Shown: positions 12,641 through 25,648, counted from the first letter of the stretch. The stretch: DNA of 64,000 bases from Azolla caroliniana (GCA_043228905.1 JBHGNT010000009.1:18910001-18974000), one strand, 5' to 3'. The notes: generated by a model not told the origin, from the sequence alone. Numbers and translations are program-made.

Positions 12641-14806
12641 TCCTTGTATGTTTTCCCTAGTATAAGCAAGGACATCTTCAACGAGGTTTAGCTCCTATCC
12701 TATCTTATTTGTTTATGTTTTTTCTACAACTTATGGTAGCCATGACTATCAAGTTGTTAAAATACGCACTCCATTATTCTATTCTATATTAATATATTCT
12801 TGTATGTGTGGAAAACCAAACCTAGCTAACCTGCAATGCTCACACGTGTAGTTCCCTTGCCTTTTATGCATTTCTCGAAATGATGTGTAAAGATGTCAAT
12901 TCAAGACTTTGCTATATTGAAATAATACAATATCAAGGTTAATTTAGAAAACATCCCATATGTGTATATTTTGTTAAGACTAGAGCTAATTTGAATGTAT
13001 GAGTATGACAAGGTTGTATACATGAAAAGGGCATGAACTAGCACTCTTCATATTGGAGATTTCCCACTTACAGTATTTTAGGACAAAGACTTCTTCAAAT
13101 GGGGAGTATGTAATGACAAGCATTGAGCATAGGCATGACCATCATGTGTATGAGGCAAAGGCACATGTGAACACATGCATGGGGCCATGATATACATTTG
13201 ATGGTGGAAAAGGTGTTTAATATGGGCCTCATGTATTTGTGAGGTAAGAAATCTCGACATATACATGGAGACAAAGCCATCGTATTGACTTTGATAACAT
13301 AGTACTATTGTGTAGGGTTCTTGAAATTTAAACTAAACTCAAAGTACCTATCCATAAATGTTTGTTTTTATATTGTTAAATCTTATTAATGCGCTTATAA
13401 ACTACCATGTTGCAAAATGAGCATTTAACTCTATTACTAGGGCTTAATTTGGATGATGGTAGACGATGTGTCATATGCTATTTTGCAATTTGGATGATGT
13501 TAGACGATGTGTGATAAGCTCTTTTGGAATCTAATAGTTGAACGCTTGAACTTGTTGGGGGTTCAAATTGTATGTATGTGTAAGAGAGAGTATGTGGATA
13601 ATTCATTGAAATCAGTCCAAAAGGGGAGATGTAGTAAATGTGACACTGATATTTTAAAATTTGTTTGCATAAAGAAAGGTTGTCTCTTTGTCACATATTG
13701 AATTACTTAATTAGCATTAGAATACAACTTAAAAGCATGACGTAGAATTGTTCTTTCATATCATAACTGTTAATATAATAGCACATTATCATTACGTTGC
13801 TTAAATTTATTAGCCTTCAAAACTAGTCTCTTAGACTAAACATAATCGGATTAGCTACATCGGCACCTAGCCTAATGACCCTCACATGAAATGGCACTGT
13901 CATGGCTTTTTCATAATAGTGTTTTGATATGACTAGATAACTACATTATATATTTGGGTGTTTATATATTGGAAACCCACTAGCGAACTATTGTATTGTA
14001 TCCTTTCCTTAAGGCTAAGACAACCAAGAGGTCTAATAATTTAAGAAAGGAGAAAATGACACATCAAAAAGAAAATTGGTAATGCTCATGTGTGCGAAGG
14101 AGTGATGCAAGTTGAGGGCCCATGGTTTTATATGATAAAGAATGAGTGGTTTTCAACACAAAGACATTTCTTTCCATGGGTGAACCAACTCATTTTCCCT
14201 CATGTTTCAACAACCTAAAGCTTATGTTTCAACAGGAAACCTTTGGGCCTTTTAGCCTATGGCCAGTATATTACTGTGCATCAACCACAAGAGTTGTGGT
14301 AAGTTCTATGATACAAACTGAATGATAAAAGGATAAGATAGGAATCACAAAGAGGACGGAGTCGACTTTCCTCCATGTTAAAGCTTGAACCGTAGCCCCT
14401 CGGATCTTGGCAACCTTGCTTATTGGAATTCATAAACTTTCGGTACAAATCCGCAATCTATTTTATCATGTTTGTGGGGAAGGTGGTAGGATCATATAGA
14501 GACAAATATCTATGTATGTGAATAATACTTGCAATATGGAGAGTTATTGTTGGACTTATTCAAAGGAATGAAAGGTTGGAGAAACACTCACGGAACCTAT
14601 ATATTTCTATCAATACCAGAAGCCAACTTGCAAATCTCCGAGTTCTTATGTCCAGAGTGTTTTAATAAAGATATTTTCTCCTTATCCAAATCCTTGCTTT
14701 CCTTTTGGTGTACCGAGTACATATAACACATATATATCTTACACTATATCCTCTTAAAAACAAATCACAAGGACTAGAAGAAGCACAAGCACAAGTACAA
14801 GTACAA

Positions 14807-14839
14807 GAAGAAGAAGAAGAAGAAGAAGAAGAAGAAGAA
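14807..14839 (+). repeat. (GAA)11 microsatellite immediately upstream of the F-box ATG
   Basis: Perfect GAA run ending one base before the ATG at 14841. Confidence 0.95.
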
Positions 14840-14840
14840 C

Positions 14841-16052
14841 ATGAGTTCAAATCCTTTGCACTTCCTTCCTGAGCCAGTTTTAGAGAAGGCTTTATCCTAC
14901 CTTCCTCTACCCTCCATTTTATCCACTTCTTCAACATGCAAGTTCCTCTATTCTCTAGTGTCATCCATTGAATTCCTACACATTTACTCCCTCACCCCAA
15001 CCAACAGATCGCCTTGGTTCTTCCTCTTTGGCATCAACCACATCATCCCTTCAAAGAACCAATCTTTCGCCTTCGATCCGATCTCCTTCTCTTGGATCCG
15101 CATCCCTTTCGTCACCCCGCCTCGCCACAACCACTCGTCCCTCGGCTCTTCCAATGGCATGCTTTTCGCGCTCGCCGGTGCCAACCAAGACCGTCTTTGC
15201 TTCGCCCCGATGCCATTGAAGCAAGATTGGAAAGTCATCGAATCCCCCATGGAAGTGTCTAGGAAGGAACCCATTGTGGGCATTATACACGATCGTGCCA
15301 ATGAAAGCTATAGTGTGGGCGAGGGACACCAGGGTACACTTGTGGTGGTTGGTGGAGGCGAAGAAGCCGACGAGGAGGCGGAGGTCGAATTTTACGATGA
15401 CATTGGGGAGAAATGGCAGCGGGGATCGGAGGCGATGCCGATCCGGGGCGTGAGTATCCTCTCCTCGCTTGTCTATGGCGGCCGGATGTATGTAGCCGAT
15501 CAATATTCCGGGAAGATTTGCTGGATGGAGGGGGCCGGAGGGCGATGGACATTGGCCGAGGTTGAGAGGCCCACAGGAGCCAAGTGGTGGAATTTGGTGG
15601 CACTCGGCGGAGGGTGCAGGTCCTCCAGATTGGGGGCGGTTGTCGTGTGTGCCAAGGTGGGGGTAAAGATAGTCGCGCTAGATGAGGACACAATGAGAGT
15701 GAAGCAAGATTTAGGGACTATGCCATTAGAGCTATTCCAAATGCTCAATTCGCCCAATGGAGGGGACGAAGAAGAAGAAGATGAAGAAGACTTGGTCGGT
15801 GAAGAAGATGTTGATCCGACTGAGAAGCATCTCACACTAGGTTGCACGGGAGGGGCGGGCGGGATCATCTACATATACTCGACATCGAAATTCGCATTAG
15901 AGAGCCCGATGGTCGTCGTGTGCAAGATCGAAGCCTCGTCGGGTGCTTGCTCGTGGCTCGTCCCTCCTCTCCTCCCTCCCATTGTCCATCGTTTTGATCA
16001 TGTCTTTTGCCTCTCATCCCATGTTCCCTTGGCCTCTTGCCTCACACCCTGA
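14841..16052 (+). CDS. Intronless F-box/kelch-repeat-like protein (resembles the At3g24760 family, from recall)
   Basis: 403-aa open ORF. N-terminal F-box LHFLPEPVLEKALSYLPLPSILSTSSTCK, then PWFFLFG..NQSFAFDP..W, kelch-like LVVVGG..VEFYD...KW, and an acidic insert. Confidence 0.9.
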   Translation: MSSNPLHFLPEPVLEKALSYLPLPSILSTSSTCKFLYSLVSSIEFLHIYSLTPTNRSPWFFLFGINHIIPSKNQSFAFDPISFSWIRIPFVTPPRHNHSSLGSSNGMLFALAGANQDRLCFAPMPLKQDWKVIESPMEVSRKEPIVGIIHDRANESYSVGEGHQGTLVVVGGGEEADEEAEVEFYDDIGEKWQRGSEAMPIRGVSILSSLVYGGRMYVADQYSGKICWMEGAGGRWTLAEVERPTGAKWWNLVALGGGCRSSRLGAVVVCAKVGVKIVALDEDTMRVKQDLGTMPLELFQMLNSPNGGDEEEEDEEDLVGEEDVDPTEKHLTLGCTGGAGGIIYIYSTSKFALESPMVVVCKIEASSGACSWLVPPLLPPIVHRFDHVFCLSSHVPLASCLTP

Positions 16053-17694
16053 CATATCTATCTATATCTTTCTTTCCCAATTTCTTTCCTCTTATCTAGT
16101 AGCCAAACCCCCCTTCCATGGTCCCTCATAATGTTACTAACCTCCCACACTTCACATAGCAATTTGCATACATACATACAATGCATACATAGATACATAT
16201 GTGAAGCCACACCAATGTTGTATAAAACATGCATCGACCCCAATGCGAGTTAACTCCTCTTAGTATAAATCTTCGGTAAAAAAAGAGGAAGCAAAACTAG
16301 TTCTTATGAATTTCGTATAACACACATTGACCTTTTAAATCGAATGTGTTTGGGCCAAAAGTAGCTCGTTTTGTTGGGGATCGAGATATATGTATGTCAA
16401 GAGTCACCCTTATCCGAAGGTGCATATGTGGTATCCATATAAAGTAGAGGATAAGACCTCAATGTGTGTAGCTTTTACTTACAAAAAAGACCTCCCTTAT
16501 CTAATGGTGGTTATCTACAACATCCACATTCTTTACATATGCGTTATAATAATCAAACAATAACCATTTCGTAAACATTGACTAGTAGCAAAGTGTAACT
16601 TTATATGGGTCTCCGTACATTCAACTCAACCCTGTGCTCTCAAAGCTACAATCCTTGATGCACCCAACTCATTTGCGAGCGTTCAATTTACACCAAAAGA
16701 CTCGCTATGCTAATGGGTGTGTAGAGGGGTCATTGATCATGTGACATTGTGTAGCACATATTGCCTCAATCATTCAAAGTCTAGATCACCTGGCCCATGG
16801 GACCAAAACAAAAACATTTGAATGATTCTCTTGTCCCAATTTCTATGGGATGAAATCACTTTCAATAACACAAATTTAAATATTATATTCAAATAACAGG
16901 CCTAATCCAAATAATGTGGTCACATCAACATGGCCATGTTCTCTCTAGAATTGAAAGCATGGCATGTCCTTAATGCCATCTCAAATATGATGTAGTTGAA
17001 GGTGTGGCCATGGCTCGCTTAGATTGGTGTCAATAAGAAAGAATGGACACATGGTTATGCTTGGTGGAGTGTCAAATTGGTTTTGGCAATGCATTGGTTC
17101 ATAATGAGAACGTTGAATCTTTGTGCCAGTACCACGTGTGACGTGACCTTGCCCACATTTAAATACATTGTCAACAATATATTAAGGTATGGAAATGACA
17201 CACCTTAAATGCAAATGCATTTTGGATTTTCAGATTACTAAATGGTAATGCAATTGAATTTCAAATTGTTTTAATATGAATATCCAAGCATGACTAAATG
17301 GACATGTCTTGAATTACAAATTGATTCCTTCCAATTTTCATCATGGGGAATGCTATTATTTCAATCCATATTATATGGATAAATTGTAAATGTCAATAAT
17401 GTGAAGACATTTTTAACGCAGATATCTAGTGCTCATGATTGCAATTTTGAAAAGATTTAATAGTGAATGGAAGATCAAATCCGTCAATTGAGACCTAACA
17501 TCCCATAAATTTGCTTTTCAAATTAGTGGGGTTTTTTCTTAGATGTACAACTAATTTTGGGCAATATAAAATCAAGAAAGTCCAAGAAATTCTACTTGGT
17601 TCACCTCTCTTCAACACCTTAGGTACACTAGCAAATCATACACCTACAAACATATGTTGACATCCATGGGGGTCAACATGGCATATGCAACTAA

Positions 17695-20600
17695 TGTTTG
17701 AAAAATCACTCTCCCAAACCATCTAGGATAGAGGAGTTCACCAATGACTCGGATATCACACTTCTTGTTGAAACATGGGAGCATGATACTCAAAGGATTC
17801 AAGGTTTAGGAAACTATAATGTACACTCTTTGATATGGAAGAAAAATCCAAGACAAAGAAGAGGACAAGGAGGGGTGGCATGTTTGATTAAGAAGGAAAC
17901 AGAGAAATATGTGTCAATCATAAAAAATGATGAAAATAAATGCTACATATGGCTCAAAATAGAAACACCTAATGATTTGCCCACTTTTGTTGTTGGATGT
18001 TACATTCCTCATCAAGATTCTAACTTTTATGCTTGTTTGGATAAAGATCAACCGTTTGCCAATCTAGAAGATGATATTGCTTATTTCAAATCCAAAGGGG
18101 AAGTTATTGTCTTTGGTGACATGAATGCTCGTACAAGAAGTTTCCAACTTGATTCACAAGAATCTTTCATGCCACATATCTCAAGGATGCAAGAGGATAT
18201 GCAAATGTATAACCGCTCTTCTAGCGATGAAAAAGATCCGGACCAATTTGGGAAGTTACTCCTACAAATGTGCAATAGTACCGGATTGCTTATTGCAAAT
18301 GGTATTTCCTTATGGCCCAACACTAATGGTTTTACATGTAGAAAATACAACGGAAATAGTGTGATTGATTATGTGCTACTTTCCGAAGGTATTTTGGATC
18401 GTATACATAAATTCTCACTTGGTGAATGGACACCAGAATCAGATCATAGGCCTTTATGTATTGATCTCAAATGTATGCATAGGTTTGATTGTGAGAAGGC
18501 TATTGAAGATAATAAACAACCGCACTTGAGCATGAACCTTAAGCGAGCACCCATGTATTCCAAGATGGTTGAGGATATGTTACAAATGACAAAGATACAA
18601 CATGGTGCCACACTAGAATGCAAATGGGAAGCTTTCAAGAAAGTCATTCTCTCATGTACAAACAAATGTTTTTCGACCAACCGCACATCTTGGAAATGCA
18701 CCAAGAAACTTAGGAAAAAATGGTTTGATAAAGAATGTCGTGAAGCTCGAAAGTGCCTTATGGTTTTGGATGTAGTTAAGGATAAAGAGAATTACCAAAA
18801 GCATTTGCATGAGTATAAAAGGCTTATTCAAAGAAAGAGAAGAATATGGGAAGTTACTCAACAATTTATCCAAACGCAAGAGAAAGCACATGCATGTGCT
18901 AAATTTTGGGGAAATCTAAAGGGAAAACGTGTTGAGAGTTATGGTGACTTAACTCTTCACGACTTGTCTATGCATTGTAAGAATTTATATGAGTTATCTC
19001 TTGCCGGAAAGATGATGTGTTATGGTTCTCTTTCACATATGCCTTCCTTCTTTACAATTGAAGATATATGCATAGGACTTAAGATATTGGCCTCTCGAAA
19101 GGCAAGCGATCTTCAATGTATAAAGGCTGAAATGCTCAAATGGACGGGAAAGGAAGCACATATATGGATAAGCGATATGTTTAATGATGCATTGCAACAT
19201 GGTATGCCGTACGATTGAACTACAAATTGGATCAAACCTTTACATAAAGGTGGAGATATAAATAATGTAAACAACTATCGAACCATCATGGTTGGCTCAT
19301 TAATGGCAAAACTATTTGGATGTATAATGGAATCAAAGATAAGTGTATGGGCTGAAAAAAGTGGTAAGAGAGCTTATGGACAAGCTGGCTTTCGGAAACA
19401 CCATAGCACCATTGATCACCTTATCACCCTTCGAGTATTAATGGAGGAAAGTCGCCTTAGAGGTAAAGGTTTATATTGTTGCTTTGTAGACTTCAAGAAA
19501 GCTTTTGATATGGTACCTCGTGAGCATCTTTGGAGGCGAATGGAAGAACTTGAGGTGCCAAGTGAATATATGCTTGCAATTTCCCGAATTTATGAGAAGG
19601 TTATATGTTGTGTGCGCATGAGAGATAAACTTTCAGATTTTTTCAAAAGCACTATTGGTGTTAAGCAAGGATGCCCACTCTCACCAACACTATTTGGTCT
19701 ATGCATTGATGAATTGGAAGAAATGGTTACCAAGTTTGCAAAGGAAGAATGTGTTGAAGAAGTTGCCATTGGGAATGTTGTGATTATGCTTTTGCTATAT
19801 GCAGATGACGTAGTGCTTTTTGCAAATACTTTAGGAGATGCACAAAAGCTTATGAAGGCATTGGAAAAATTTTGCATGCATACTAAATTAAGTGTCAATA
19901 GCTCTAAAACAAAGATTATGCTTGTGAAGAGCCAAAAAAGAGATAAACCATGCATTATGTACAACAATGAGCCACTTGAATGTGTGGAAAGCTTCAAATA
20001 TCTTGGCCTTGAAGTTCCTTCAAATCATAGATGGAATGAATGTGCTACACGCCGCTTAGAGGCGGGCAAACGAGCATACTATGCATTTGAGAACACATGC
20101 AATCTTGGAGATATTAAGTGTTGGGTCCTCAAGAAATATCTTTTTGACACTTTGGTGACACCAGTTCTTCTCTATGGGGTGGAAGTATGGGGCGATAGCA
20201 TCCCTAAGTCTATGTGGAAAGAGTTTGAAAATGTCCAAAAGCATTTTCTTACCAAGTTTCTACAAGTTAAGAAACAAACGCCCTACACCCTCCTCCTCCT
20301 TGAGACGGGATCGCTTCCCATTGAGATCATGGCCATGGAAAGGGTTGTTGAATACATGCTTAAGGTTCAAAAAAGTCCCTCACATCGACTTCCTAGAATT
20401 GCGTGGGAAGCAAGCAAAAAGATCCAAAAGACGCATAAAAGCAAAATTTTGTGTTCCGGTTGGATGCAAGATACAGAAAAATGGTTTGGTAGATGGGATG
20501 CGAGACACTTGCTTCATGATGCATCATTAGATTCCTCTGTAAATGAGGCATTTTTGCAACGCCAATGTATCATGACATGGGACAAATGTGGAGGCTCACG

Positions 20601-21101
20601 CTTCACACATTATACTACACATGTTGCACCTAACTACAAAACCATATTCTTTGCGGAACGGGGAAATCGTACACATCCATACATGTTAGAGCCCATACCG
20701 TTATCTGCCATTCGAACCATTGCTTCCATGCGACTTAGCTCACATGCATTGCGATGTGAAACAGGGCGTTGGGGTACAAGTGATGAGAGTGGTCGGCTAT
20801 GCACACTTTGCCCTAAACAAGTTCGCGAGTCTGAGTATCACACTTTGATACAATGCTCTGCCTTTGACCATATTCGACCATGCTTTCCACATCTCTTCGA
20901 TCGAGCCCAATCTTTGCATGAATTCCTCTCACAACCACAATGTGCACTCTCGATTGCAACATTCATTGGTAAAATTCTTGAACATCGAGAGTCACTACTC
21001 ACTTTCACACGTATCACGTGAAATGTAATATTTTTGGTCTCATAGGTCATATTTGATCTCCGAAGACGATAATATAATCTATCTATCTATCTATCTATCT
21101 A
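17695..21101 (+). mobile_element. Non-LTR retrotransposon, RTEX-like (APE endonuclease, RT, C-terminal Zn finger), 5'-truncated
   Basis: APE motifs LVETW, GDMNAR, SVIDY, SDH. RT motifs QAGFR, FVDFKKAFD, GVKQGCPLSP, LLYADD, FKYLG. C-terminal RLSSHALRCETGRW..RLCTLC..ESEYH..C. (ATCT)n tail at ~21078-21101. Confidence 0.9.
17698..21021 (+). pseudogene. LINE ORF2 (EN-RT) broken by a single in-frame TGA at 19216-19218
   Basis: The 506-aa and 577-aa ORFs are in the same frame, with PYD*TTNWIKPLHKGG across the stop (TGG>TGA likely). Confidence 0.88.
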
Positions 21102-21299
21102 GGTGGGGGACTTTGAAATGGTCAAACAAGAACAAAAACTAAACTAGAAGTTCGAAACTTGTTTCCTAATTCATTATTTGGATATTACATGAGTTAGTTT
21201 TGGGCTAAGCAAAAAACAAAGGACATTATTTAGAGCTATCAATGATGGTCTTATTCTCTTTAGGAATTCATTAAGAATATTTTAAAAGCAAAAAACAGA

Positions 21300-22215
21300 A
21301 TAGCTAAATCCTGTTGTTGCTACTTTGCAGTAGCCACCATTTCCCAAAACAAAAAAATGTTATAAAAAATACTTCTTTCTTGAACACAACCTGTTTGTGA
21401 ATCATGAATTAGTTGAGGTAAAAAAGGTAATCTCCTTGTTATTGTTTTAGCTAAAATCTTATACACAACAGTAAGTAGTGTTATAGGCCTCCATTTTCGA
21501 ATATTATGCAAAGGGCCATCCCCCTTCGGAATCAAATATATTAGGCCCTCTGTCCATTCCTAAGGCATATAACCATGGTCGCGAATTTGTTGGTATGCAG
21601 AAGTCAAAACATTACCAATCATATCCCAATACTCTATATACCATGAAACCCCCATCCCATCAATACTTGGACAAACATCCTTACCTAACGCCTTAGTTGC
21701 TAACAGAACTTTCGAAGGTTGCAATGGAGCAAGCAAAGCAATCTGCATTTGAGACGGAACTCGATTAGAGATCGAAGCCCAAACATAATCCCTCTTAATC
21801 AAACTATTTCTTGAGAGAGGAATTTTAGTCAACAAATTAGGATAAAAAGATGAAGCTATATCCCTCATCTCGACAATATCTGATGTGAAAGATCCTTCAA
21901 AACACCTCATGCTTGTCGGCTGAGGCTTATGAGATTTAATGCGATGAGGTTGAACGAACTGTTTACAAACCGTATCAGCCTGTCTAATCCATCTTGCAAA
22001 TGATTTATGATACCAAAACTTCGATCTTTGCAATTGTAATTTGGCAATCGTTTTCCGGACATCAATAACTCTCCTGGCTAAATCTACAGATTGCGACCAC
22101 TTTTGTTGCAAATGTTGTAATGCTGTCAACGATCGCTTATATCTTCCAATCTTGGAATGATAATCAAGGTACAAAGATTTCGCCTTATGCTGGAATACTT
22201 CCTGAATTTCCTTTA
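21300..22215 (-). pseudogene. L1-type LINE ORF2 fragment (RT N-terminal part)
   Basis: KDVCPSIDGMG..YW, LIPKGDG..IRKWRPITLLTVVYKILAK, QTGCVQERSIFYNI. Confidence 0.8.
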
Positions 22216-22218
22216 AGA

Positions 22219-23177
22219 TTGTCACTTTGGGCAATGCCGGGCCGGAAGGAAAACAATTATCCCTAGCAAGAGTCAAGTTGAGCTTGGTAGATGAGGAGGC
22301 GCGTCGGAAAGACAAGGATACGAGCTCCGACTCCAAAGCGCTCCTTAGCGAATCGGAACGCGGAAGACAAAGGAACCGGAGTCCCTAGAACCGGGAAAAG
22401 TCGTGAAGAAGAGTTGATGCTCATCATCGAGGAGAGTGAGTTGAACCTTGACGGTGACGAGACAACGTGGGTTGTTGATTCCGGAGCATCGGTCCACCTG
22501 ACCCCGGACCGGAAATGCTTCTCATGCTACACAACCGGGGATCACGGTTGTGTCCGGATGGGGAATGAAGGTACATGCCTAATTATCGGCATAGGAGATG
22601 TACTGTTGACGACACCAACCGGATGCAAGCTGCTGTTGAAGGATGTCCGATATGTTTCAGAGGTTTGATTAAACCTAATATCAGCCAGTCGGCTAGATGA
22701 TGAAGGCTACACGGGTAGCATCCGGAACGGAGTCATGAAGTTCAACAAATGGAGCCTAATAGTGGCTCGGGCCCGGAAAGTCAACACTCTGTACCTAATG
22801 AATGCCTAGTTATGCGAGGAAGAAGTGAACGTGGCATCCGACACTACCGGTGAGCTGTGGCACAAGAGACTGTGTCACATGAGCGAGAAGGGGATGAGGA
22901 GGCTTGCCGATGACAATCTCATTCCGGTGAAGGATGTGCATCTTGAGAGGTGCACCGACTGCCTGGCCAGTAAGCAAAACTGGACCTCCTTTCGATCAAG
23001 GCCACCGATGAGACGGAATGCACCACTAGAGTTGGTGCATACCGATGTGTGTCAAGTGGACATGAAGTCACATGCCGGATCGCAGTACTTCGTGACGTTC
23101 ATAGACGACCACAACCGGAAGCTGTGGGTCTCATCGTTGAAGACGAAGGACCAGGTGTTATTCGTCTTCAAGGAGCG
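22219..23177 (+). pseudogene. Copia gag/PR/GAG-pre-INT fragment, same family as 32211-37555
   Basis: Closely matches 33590-34740 (WVVDSGAS.H, ELWHKRLCHMSEKG, FIDDH); the zinc knuckle is deleted. Confidence 0.9.
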
Positions 23178-23209
23178 AAACGACACAGAAAATGCGAAAA
23201 GGACAAGTT

Positions 23210-23800
23210 GATGATCGTCGTTGTGTGTGTTGCCAAGTACATGAGGAAACTTTGAAACATTTGTTTTGGACTTGTAGTGCAGCTCAAAAATATTGGGGAA
23301 GGATATTGATGATGTTTTCTTGTAAATATAAGGGAGCAATTTTTACATGGGGGGCTATTTTCTAGGGGTCTTTGTATGTGCAGGTATCTTTCTATGAGAT
23401 GGAGCAATGCTCGGAAGCATTACGTGTGTTGGAGAATACAACTGAAGTAGTTCTTCCTAACATTCTTGGTGGTAAATTTTTTAAAAATTCTTTTGTTTGG
23501 AATATTGTTTCAGTTAATGCTTTATGGGTGTGGTGGAAGTGTTGTTGCAGCAAGAAATATGAAGGCATCGAGTACAATGTGGTGGATATGATTAAGATGT
23601 TCTAGGACAACTTGGTGCACACAGTTAAGGGAGAGTATGATAGTATTAAAGGAACAGAAAAGGTGAAAAAATCATAAAATATGGTGGCCAATACCTCTCT
23701 GGTTGGATGAGTCACATGAAGATCGTTGGAATTATGCTCCACCACGTTGGCTATTCCCTCCTCCTAGTCCTTACAAGTGGACAAGTGGTATATAGTTTTT
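23210..23800 (+). pseudogene. L1-type LINE ORF2 C-terminus remnant
   Basis: VCVAKY..ETLKHLFWTC-like zinc-finger remnant, NALWVWWKC, ending WNYAPPRWLFPPP*. Confidence 0.6.
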
Positions 23801-23988
23801 TCTTTCCTCTTTAACTTACAAGTGAACAAGGACATAAAAGAGGCGGATGTGATTGGGCCAGTCCTGTGGAGTGACAGGGGTGAGATGGTGGATGCAGAAA
23901 ATGAAGCATCTTTTGATTTTGGATAAGGATGAGTGATGATGGTGTTGAGGGCTATAACATAATTTAATGGGGAGACGAGGAGAGTAGT

Positions 23989-24414
23989 TGTCATGATATG
24001 GCAAGACTCGAACCTATGACCTTATGCTACATGGGTCAAGCTCTTACCATTAGACTATGAATTGTATTTTGTAAGATATTATTTTCATTTATGTTTTATC
24101 ATAGAAAATTGATGTATATTCCAGATCTCTCTGGAACATTCTAGAAGCTTCAGGATTATTCCTAAAAACACTATAAAAGGAGGCACAAGGCATTGTTTTG
24201 AACCAAATTGGTTCAACACTAGTCTTAAGCCTCTTAGCCGATTTGTACTTATCTTTCATATAATATAAGAGCTGTTGTCATCATCCTATTTCTCTCTCTC
24301 TCCTCTTCTCACTTCCTCTCTCTCGAGAATCTTACGCAGTCCCGTCCTCTTAGTACTAATAGTACTACTCTTCTTAGTACTAATTCCATCTCTGCTTTAG
24401 TACTATTCCTGACA
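23989..24414 (+). repeat. 5' LTR of chromovirus
   Basis: TGTCATG...CTGACA; TATAAAA at 24172; about six substitutions versus the 3' LTR by eye. Confidence 0.95.
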
Positions 24415-24490
24415 GTTTGAACCAATTTGTTCCTCTTTCCTCCGGCCTACTTGTCGTTCTCCCTCATCCTCCTATCCTTTTCCCCCTACT

Positions 24491-25648
24491 ATGGTTACTG
24501 TTAGCGCCCAAGAATATCAATCCGTGTTCTCCGAGTTACAGTGCCTAAAAGAAAAGTTTGTTGCCCTGGAACAAGAAAACCAACGGCTGATAGGGGATCT
24601 GCAACAAATCGCTCTAGAAAAGCAACAAATGCAGCAACAACATGGGGAGTTAGCGTTATGGGTGCAACAACTCGAAGCGGCATTGCAACAACAAGGATCA
24701 AGTCCCCAAGGATTTCATAAAGAGCCGAAGATTGGACTTCCTGTGAAATTTGATGGAACGCGATCGCAATTCAGGGGATTCCTTAATCAGGTACGATTAG
24801 TCCTCCAAATGCATCCTTCCCGATAACCCACTAATGCATCCCGAGTCGGCTTAATAGGCACGTTGCTTAGTGGCTCAGCCTTACCATGGTTCGCTCCGCT
24901 TCTAGAAAAACAATCGCCCTTGCTTAATAACTTTGAAGATTTTATTAGTGAGTTCAAAGCCTGCTTTGGAGACACCGATAGCATCAGGACGGCGATCAAC
25001 AAGATCCGGCGATTGCGTCAAGGCGATCGTCCAGCCTCTGCCTATGCGGCGGATTTCCGCCTACTCGCTTCCGACATACCCTGGGATGATCAAGCACTAA
25101 TGGAGCAGTTTCGTTATGGCCTGCGAAATGATGTCAAAGATCTACTTCTAACCTTCCCCGAAGAACCAAAGTCTCTTACGGAGGCAATCAATCGAGCGGT
25201 TCGATGTGACAACCGCCTCTTCGAACGGCATTCAGAACGTCAATTACAGATACCACGCGCTAGGCCTGAGCCCACTTACGCCGCAGTCGCGGCTAGACCA
25301 TTTACACGAGACATTCCTCAAGCAAATACTTCGACACCGATGGAGATCGATACCATGCGTCGACGCGGCCCGTTATCAGAAGAAGAAAAGCAACGACGAC
25401 GTGCAAATCGATTATGTCTTTATTGCGGTGGACCAGGGCATATCGCAATCAATTGTCCCCATAGGCCAAGAAGACAGGTAAATCAAATTGTAGCCTGTAC
25501 TAAACCCGAGTCAATTCTTCCCTTAGGAGTGTCTGATAGTATTAATAGTACTAATAGAGTGTTTGATAGTATTCATAGTACTAATAGCCCAAGTATCTCA
25601 AATAAATTTGAAATCCTTAGTCAATTAGATGAAGAGTTAAACGATTGA
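24491..25648 (+). pseudogene. Chromovirus gag with one in-frame stop (24824-24826)
   Basis: Coiled-coil N-terminus, retrotransposon capsid domain, PMEID motif, CCHC knuckle. Confidence 0.88.

Noticed and set aside
13590-13650. PPT/LTR-like CAAAAGGGGAGATGT
   Set aside because: No partner LTR or coding remnant identified.
14662-16243. Overlapping antisense and alternate-frame ORFs over the F-box gene
   Set aside because: Shadow frames of a GC-rich CDS and microsatellite.
21560-22336. 258-aa ORF as a chimeric protein
   Set aside because: The first ~40 aa are antisense Copia gag joined by chance to an L1 fragment.
24000-24064. Functional tRNA gene
   Set aside because: A and B boxes are present, but the acceptor and T stems do not pair properly; kept only as a promoter-like motif.
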